Assembly (NCBI GenBank): GCA_015655415.1
Contig: JAATFB010000025.1
Coordinates: forward strand, 5,237 to 69,236
Length of the DNA: 64,000 nt
Source: Actinomycetales bacterium
Lineage (GTDB): Bacteria > Actinomycetota > Actinomycetes > Actinomycetales > Microbacteriaceae
Reading direction: 5' to 3'
In this document: positions 59,252 through 64,000 of the stretch, piece after piece
Layout of the letters: the number at the start of each line of letters is the position of its first letter
How positions within the stretch are numbered: the first letter of the stretch is position 1
Translations under genes and position numbers: made by a program
The notes under the pieces: generated by a model
Databases searched by the model: none
What the model saw: the letters and a program-made list of their open reading frames with translations, nothing else
What the model was told of the DNA's origin: nothing

Positions 59252-60538
59252 TCAGTCGGCGTCGCCGATGCCGATCGCCTCGGCCTCGTCCTCGATGTCC
59301 TCCGTGACTCCGTCGGCACGTCGCAGCGCGCGCCGGCCGGAGACCACGATCAGCGTGGAGATCACCAGGACGGCGGTGCCGAAGTAGAACGGGACGGCGG
59401 GTCCGAACGAGTTGCCGAGCCAGGCGGCGACCGGCGGAGCTATCGCACCGCCGATGAACCGCACGCCCGAATACGCCGACGACGCGACCGGGCGCGGGAG
59501 GTCCGTCGCCTCCATGGAGCACTCGGTCAGCACGGTGTTCAGGATCCCGAGGAAGATGCCTCCGACGATGACGAGGACGATGATCGCCGCCATCGACCTC
59601 ACGAGCAGTGCGACCAGCAGCAGGTCGACCGCGAGCAGCGGGATCATGATCGTCAGCACCGTGGTGCGGCGCATCCGGCGGGTGAGGGCGGGAGCGATCC
59701 ACACCGACGCGATGGCCAGGCACACCCCCCAGCCCGTGAAGATGAGGCCGAGCGGGATCGCGGCATCCAGCCCCAGATCGGCGAGCGCGAACGGGGTGTA
59801 GGCGAGGAGCACGAAGAAGCCCATGTTGTAGAACAGGGCGGCTGAGGCCATGACGCGCAGACCGGGCCTGGCGAGACCGCGGAAGGGCGCGGTGAGCCGG
59901 GTGGGCGCCGGGCGGGTCTCGCTGCCCTGGCGCAGCATGGTCACGATCGCGACGAAGCCGATCGCCATCAGCGTGGCGGTGCCGAAGAACGGGCCGCGCC
60001 ACGAGACGTTGCCGAGCAGGCCGCCCAGGAGCGGACCGAGCGCCATGCCGAGCCCGAGGGCCGCCTCGTACAGGACGATCGCCTGCGAGGCTCCCCCGGA
60101 GGCGGCTCCGACGATCGCCGCCAGCGCGGTGGAGATGAACAGGGCGTTGCCGAGGCCCCAGCCGGCACGGAATCCGATGATCTCCCACACCGATCCGCTG
60201 GCCCCCGCGAGGGCGGCGAACACCACGATGACGGCGAGGCCGATCAGCAACGTCTTCTTCGTGCCGATGCGGGTGGACAGCCAGCTCGTGAAGAACATCG
60301 CGGCGCCGGTGATCAGGAGATACGTCGTGAAGAGCAGCTCGGTCTGCGCCGGGGTCGCGCGCAGGCTGTTGGCGATAGCGGGCAGGATCGGGTCGACGAG
60401 GCCGATGCCCATGAACGAGACCACGCACGCGAAGGCCACGGCCCACACCGCGATCGGCTGGTTGAGGATGCCGCCGCGTGTGGGGCCCGTCGCGGTCTGA
60501 GCCGTGCCGAGGTCGGCGGGGTCGTCGGTGCGTGTCAT
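59252..60538 (-). CDS. MFS transporter
   Basis: VSFMGIGLVDPILP, RAGWGLGNALF, YEAALGLG, WRGPFFG. Confidence 0.9.
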   Translation of the reverse strand: MTRTDDPADLGTAQTATGPTRGGILNQPIAVWAVAFACVVSFMGIGLVDPILPAIANSLRATPAQTELLFTTYLLITGAAMFFTSWLSTRIGTKKTLLIGLAVIVVFAALAGASGSVWEIIGFRAGWGLGNALFISTALAAIVGAASGGASQAIVLYEAALGLGMALGPLLGGLLGNVSWRGPFFGTATLMAIGFVAIVTMLRQGSETRPAPTRLTAPFRGLARPGLRVMASAALFYNMGFFVLLAYTPFALADLGLDAAIPLGLIFTGWGVCLAIASVWIAPALTRRMRRTTVLTIMIPLLAVDLLLVALLVRSMAAIIVLVIVGGIFLGILNTVLTECSMEATDLPRPVASSAYSGVRFIGGAIAPPVAAWLGNSFGPAVPFYFGTAVLVISTLIVVSGRRALRRADGVTEDIEDEAEAIGIGDAD

Positions 60539-60543
60539 CGGGT

Positions 60544-61047
60544 TCAGCCGTTCGTCTTTCGTTCGATCGCGTCGTCGGAGTACGCCCTGTCGATGCGGGG
60601 CTGAAGCAGGTCGATGGCGCGGCGGATGGTGTCGCGCTCGTCGTCGGTCAGGTCGTCGAAGAGCGGCAGGAGCGCGGCGGCGAGGTTGGAGCGCCACTCG
60701 GTGAGCTTCAGGATGCCCTTGGCGGAGATCCCGATCTGCCACGCCCTGGCGTCGTCGGCGTCCGCGATGCGCTTGACCCACTCGCGCTCGACGAGGCCGG
60801 CGACGATCTTCGTCATGGTGGGCTGCGCCACCTGGCTCATGGCGGCGAGCTCGCCGAGCCGCATCGGGCCGGACTGCTGCAGCACGGCCAGCGTGCGCCA
60901 GGTCGCGGGGCCCTCGGCGCCCGGGGTGGTGCGGTGGGCGAGACGGGTGATGCGGCCGGAGAGCTGCACGATGTCGGTGAGCAGGAAGTGCAGCTCGGCC
61001 TCGGCCCCCGATGCGCGCGAGGGGAGGGTGATCGGTTCGGTCAGCAT
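60544..61047 (-). CDS. MarR family transcriptional regulator
   Basis: GPMRLGELA..QPTMTKIV..L..WVKR..D..DARA. Confidence 0.88.
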   Translation of the reverse strand: MLTEPITLPSRASGAEAELHFLLTDIVQLSGRITRLAHRTTPGAEGPATWRTLAVLQQSGPMRLGELAAMSQVAQPTMTKIVAGLVEREWVKRIADADDARAWQIGISAKGILKLTEWRSNLAAALLPLFDDLTDDERDTIRRAIDLLQPRIDRAYSDDAIERKTNG

Positions 61048-61059
61048 GTCACCAGTATA

Positions 61060-61074
61060 TATAGCCTAGCTATA
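61060..61074. promoter_or_regulatory. putative MarR operator TATAGC-cta-GCTATA
   Basis: AT-rich palindrome just upstream of the marR start. Confidence 0.6.
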
Positions 61075-61151
61075 CAAATCCACTCCGCCCCTCTCCCCAC
61101 GCCCTCACCGCCTCGCCCGCCCCGCCGCCTCCTCGCCCGCCTCGCCCGCGG

Positions 61152-61228
61152 CGGAAACAGCAGTGATCGCGCTCTCCCACCCAGAACAGCAGGATTCCTC
61201 CTGCCCTCGTGCGATCCTCCTGCCTTCG
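61152..61228. repeat. 77-bp miniature element, copy 2 (degenerate, reverse orientation)
   Basis: Ungapped alignment to the reverse complement of 20456-20532; 55/77 identities by hand count. Confidence 0.72.
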
Positions 61229-61250
61229 AGTCGCGCTCCCGGACACGACG

Positions 61251-61283
61251 AAGGGCGCCATCCCTTCGAGGGATGACGCCCTT
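61251..61283 (-). terminator. rplJL terminator hairpin
   Basis: AAGGGCGCCATCCCT-tcg-AGGGATGACGCCCTT 15-bp stem just downstream of rplL. Confidence 0.7.
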
Positions 61284-61320
61284 GCGATCGATCAGCCGCG
61301 AGACGCGCCGATGCCGGGAC

Positions 61321-61716
61321 CTACTTGAGGGTGACGGTGGCGCCGGCCTCTTCGAGGGAGGCCTTCGCCTTCTCGGCCGTCTCCTTGTTGACGCCCTCGA
61401 GGACCGCCTTCGGCGCGCCGTCGACGGCGGCCTTGGCGTCGCCCAGCCCGAGCGAGGTCAGCTCGCGCACGACCTTGATGACCTGGATCTTCTTGTCGCC
61501 GGCGGCCTCCAGGACCACGTCGAACGAGTCCTTCTCCTCCTCGGCGGCGGGCTCGGAGCCGGCACCGCCGGCAGCGGGGGCGGCCGCGACGGCGACCGGA
61601 GCGGCCGCGGTGACGTCGAAGGTCTCCTCGAACGCCTTGACGAACTCCGACAGCTCGATGAGCGTCAGGCCCTTGAACTGCTCCAGCAGCTCCTCGGTGG
61701 AAAGCTTTGCAGCCAT
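61321..61716 (-). CDS. rplL: 50S ribosomal protein L7/L12
   Basis: [57 protein letters not shown]. Confidence 0.98.
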   Translation of the reverse strand: MAAKLSTEELLEQFKGLTLIELSEFVKAFEETFDVTAAAPVAVAAAPAAGGAGSEPAAEEEKDSFDVVLEAAGDKKIQVIKVVRELTSLGLGDAKAAVDGAPKAVLEGVNKETAEKAKASLEEAGATVTLK

Positions 61717-61784
61717 TTTCTTCTCCTTGTGTTCTCTCGTGTACTCACCGCGGCGGGCATCCGGACTCCCTCGGGAGACGGATG

Positions 61785-62300
61785 CTAGGCAGCGGACTCC
61801 TGCTTCTGGCGCAGCGCGTCGACCGTGCGAACTGCCTGCGACAGCGGTGCGTTGAACAGATATGCGGCTCCGAACAGCGAGGCCTTGAAGGCGCCGGCCA
61901 GCTTGGCCAGCAGCACCTCACGGGACTCGAGGTCGGCGAGCTTGCCTACCTCCTCGGCGGAAAGGGCGGATCCGTCGAAGTAGCCGCCCTTGACCACGAG
62001 AAGAGGGTTCGCCCTGGCGAAGTCGCGCAGACCCTTGGCGACGTTCACGGGGTCACCGTGCACGAACGCGATCGCGGACGGTCCGGCGAGCTGGTCGTCG
62101 AATGCCGAGATGCCGGCGTTGTGGGCCGCGATCTTGGTCAGCGTGTTCTTCACCACGGCGTAGGTCGCGTCTGTGCTGATGGACCTGCGGAGCTCCTTGA
62201 GCTTCGCAACAGACAGACCGCGGTACTCGGTCAGCAGAACGGCCGTCGAGCTCTTGAACTTCTCCTCGAGCTCGGCAACCGCGGCTTCCTTGTTCGCCAT
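61785..62300 (-). CDS. rplJ: 50S ribosomal protein L10
   Basis: [46 protein letters not shown]; AGAGGAG RBS. Confidence 0.97.
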   Translation of the reverse strand: MANKEAAVAELEEKFKSSTAVLLTEYRGLSVAKLKELRRSISTDATYAVVKNTLTKIAAHNAGISAFDDQLAGPSAIAFVHGDPVNVAKGLRDFARANPLLVVKGGYFDGSALSAEEVGKLADLESREVLLAKLAGAFKASLFGAAYLFNAPLSQAVRTVDALRQKQESAA

Positions 62301-62360
62301 GGCCACTCCTCTTGCGTATGGGGCGCGCTGCGGATGCTGCGCGCCGCCCCGGCCGGCCGG

Positions 62361-62395
62361 AAAAGAAAAACGCTCCATGCGCAGGCACGGAGCGT
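62361..62395 (-). terminator. intrinsic attenuator in the rplJ leader
   Basis: Minus strand ACGCTCCGTGC-ctgc-GCATGGAGCGT followed by TTTTCTTTT, about 60 nt before rplJ. Confidence 0.8.
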
Positions 62396-62429
62396 GGCGG
62401 ATGCCGCGGAGTGCGGCCATCGTCTCGAT

Positions 62430-62537
62430 CATCACCTGCGCAGGCCGTCTCGATCACGAGCGGCACGAATGCCATCTGTCTCGAGAACCTTCGATCGGCG
62501 TGCACGCACGACGATGACCGGCGGTCTTGGGCTCTTC
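62430..62537 (-). ncRNA. L10 ribosomal-protein leader (autogenous control element)
   Basis: Minus strand AAGACCGCCGG..GAAGG..CCTGCGCAGG upstream of rplJL, resembling the L10(L12)4 leader core; boundaries approximate. Confidence 0.7.
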
Positions 62538-62577
62538 AATGGTACGCGACACGCCCCGGATGCCCAAATCGCCAGTC

Positions 62578-62880
62578 CCGCCCCTTTCCGCCCCCGCCCC
62601 TATCCGCGCCTCCTCCCACTCCCGCTCCCACTCCTCCCACTCCCCGCCCTCCCACTCCTCCCACTCCCTGAGAAGCCAGTTCGCGTCGTTCCGGCCCGCG
62701 CATATCGACCGCAATTGGCTTCTCGACGGGCCGGGCGGGGCGCGGGGCGAGGGGGCGGGGGGACGAGGCAGGGGGCGAGGGGGCGGGCACGGGACGAGGC
62801 ACGGCGGCGGGGACGGGGCACGGCGGCGCGGCACGGGGACGGGACGAGGACGAGGGACAGGGACGGCCACGGCTCGGGGA
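62578..62880. repeat. REP-like hairpin (62670-62724) flanked by C-rich (CTCCCA)n on the left and G-rich repeats on the right
   Basis: GAGAAGCCAGTT..GTCG / CGAC..AATTGGCTTCTC; repeated CTCCCACTC left, GGGGCG/GGACGAGG/GGCACGG right. Confidence 0.7.
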
Positions 62881-62905
62881 ATGACCACCCGACTGGGCCG
62901 GTTAG

Positions 62906-62947
62906 TTGACTAATGCGAAGTATTCGCATATAGTTGACGTTCGTCAA
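62906..62947 (+). promoter_or_regulatory. sigma-A promoter TTGACT-N17-TATAGT with overlapping palindromes
   Basis: -35 at 62906-62911, -10 at 62929-62934; ATGCGAA-gta-TTCGCAT (62913-62929) and TTGACG-tt-CGTCAA (62934-62947). Confidence 0.75.
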
Positions 62948-63042
62948 TGAACTGTGACGCAGCGTCGCGCCACGGGCGCCGTTCCCGCCCTTCTCACACC
63001 CACGACGACTCCCGCGAGTCGTCTCGTCACACAAGGAGTTCC

Positions 63043-64000
63043 ATGACGCACACCGTCACACAGGCGAAGCCGGAGCCATCGGCATCCGGCATGCCCAAGA
63101 TGTCGCATCGCCAGGTGCTGGAGGCGCTGTCCGGCCTGCTGCTGGGCATGTTCGTCGCGATCCTGGCCGGAACCGTGGTATCCACCTCTCTGCCGCGCAT
63201 CATCGCCGACCTCAAGGGAGACGAGACCGCCTACACCTGGGTCGTGGTCGCCACCCTTCTGGCGACCACGGTCACCACCCCGATCTGTGGAAAGCTCGCC
63301 GACCTCTTCAACCGCAAGCTGCTCATCCAGCTCTCGCTCGCGATCTTCGTGATCGGATCGGCGCTGGCCGGCTTCTCGCAGGACACCAACACGCTCATCG
63401 GCTTCCGCGTGCTGCAAGGCGTCGGCGCCGGCGGCCTCACCGCGCTCAGCCAGGTCATCATGGCCGACATCATCAGCCCCCGCGAGCGCGGGAAGTACAT
63501 GGGCATCTTCGGCGCCATCATGGCGCTGGGCACCGTCGGCGGCCCGCTCGTCGGCGGCGTGCTGACCGACTCGGTCGGATGGCGCTGGAACTTCTACATC
63601 GGCGTCCCGTTCGCCATCCTGGCGATCATCCTGCTGCAGGCCACGCTCCACCTGCCCAAGCGGCCGGCGAGGAAGGTCTCGATCGACTACCTGGGAGCGG
63701 TGCTGATCGCAGCCGGCGTCTCGATCCTGCTGATCTGGGTGTCGCTAGCAGGCCAGAAGGGCCAGTTCCAGTGGGCGTCCGCCACCAGCTTCTGGATGGT
63801 CGCCGGGGCAGCGGTCGCCCTGATCGCCGCCGTGGTCGTGGAGTTCACGGTCAAGGAGCCGATCCTCCCGCTGCGCCTCTTCAAGAACCGCACCTTCACG
63901 TTCTCGGTCATCGCGAGCATCTCCGTGGGCGTCGCCATGTTCGGCACCTCGGTGTTCCTCGGCCAGTACATGCAGCTGGCTCGCGGCGCCACACCGACCC
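63043..64000 (+). CDS. DHA2 (EmrB/QacA) family MFS efflux transporter, 3' end outside the window
   Basis: AAGGAG RBS then ATG; TVVSTSLPRIIADL, GKLADLFNRK, RVLQGVGAGG, PRERGKYMG, GPLVGGVLTD, WRWNFY, EPILPLRLF; open to the window end (absent from the ORF track). Confidence 0.9.
   Translation, partial: MTHTVTQAKPEPSASGMPKMSHRQVLEALSGLLLGMFVAILAGTVVSTSLPRIIADLKGDETAYTWVVVATLLATTVTTPICGKLADLFNRKLLIQLSLAIFVIGSALAGFSQDTNTLIGFRVLQGVGAGGLTALSQVIMADIISPRERGKYMGIFGAIMALGTVGGPLVGGVLTDSVGWRWNFYIGVPFAILAIILLQATLHLPKRPARKVSIDYLGAVLIAAGVSILLIWVSLAGQKGQFQWASATSFWMVAGAAVALIAAVVVEFTVKEPILPLRLFKNRTFTFSVIASISVGVAMFGTSVFLGQYMQLARGATPT

Noticed and set aside
61321-62300. rplJL not adjacent to rplKA or rpoBC
   Set aside because: This separation is common in actinobacteria; not novel.
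62454-63034. Pro/Arg/Gly-rich ORFs between rplJ and the DHA2 pump
   Set aside because: Translations of low-complexity repeats overlapping regulatory elements.

Overview
High-GC actinobacterial chromosomal segment; protein sequences and gene order suggest Microbacteriaceae (inference). About 57 genes; I found no rRNA, tRNA, CRISPR array, integrase or transposase. Layout: (1) 36-11707, alpha-xylosidase/ABC/LacI locus followed by xylAB; (2) a GAF-ANTAR regulator and a small protein; (3) 13.3-21.6 kb, LacI-controlled locus with Gfo/Idh/MocA, DUF993, a TIM-barrel isomerase and glycerate kinase; (4) 21.7-45.8 kb, a ~24-kb amino-sugar/amine catabolic cluster with a copper (TPQ) amine oxidase, ALDH, BadF-type sugar kinase, SIS deaminase-like protein, Opp-type transporter, 3 Gfo dehydrogenases, 2 TIM-barrel proteins, 2 ThuA proteins, a GH9 broken by one in-frame TAG, and twin UTRA-GntR paralogs, with ~10-bp-phased CCAC boxes upstream of its transcription units; (5) cbs-metB preceded by a tiny Cys-Cys leader peptide; (6) DtxR, MFS, GntR, LysR, AKR, a sugar ABC system, MarR-MFS, rplJL with an L10 leader/attenuator, and a partial DHA2 MFS. 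Several intergenic regions carry REP/MITE-like hairpins flanked by simple-repeat expansions, including two copies of one 77-bp element about 40 kb apart. All product calls come from motif recognition by eye; no database searches were run.
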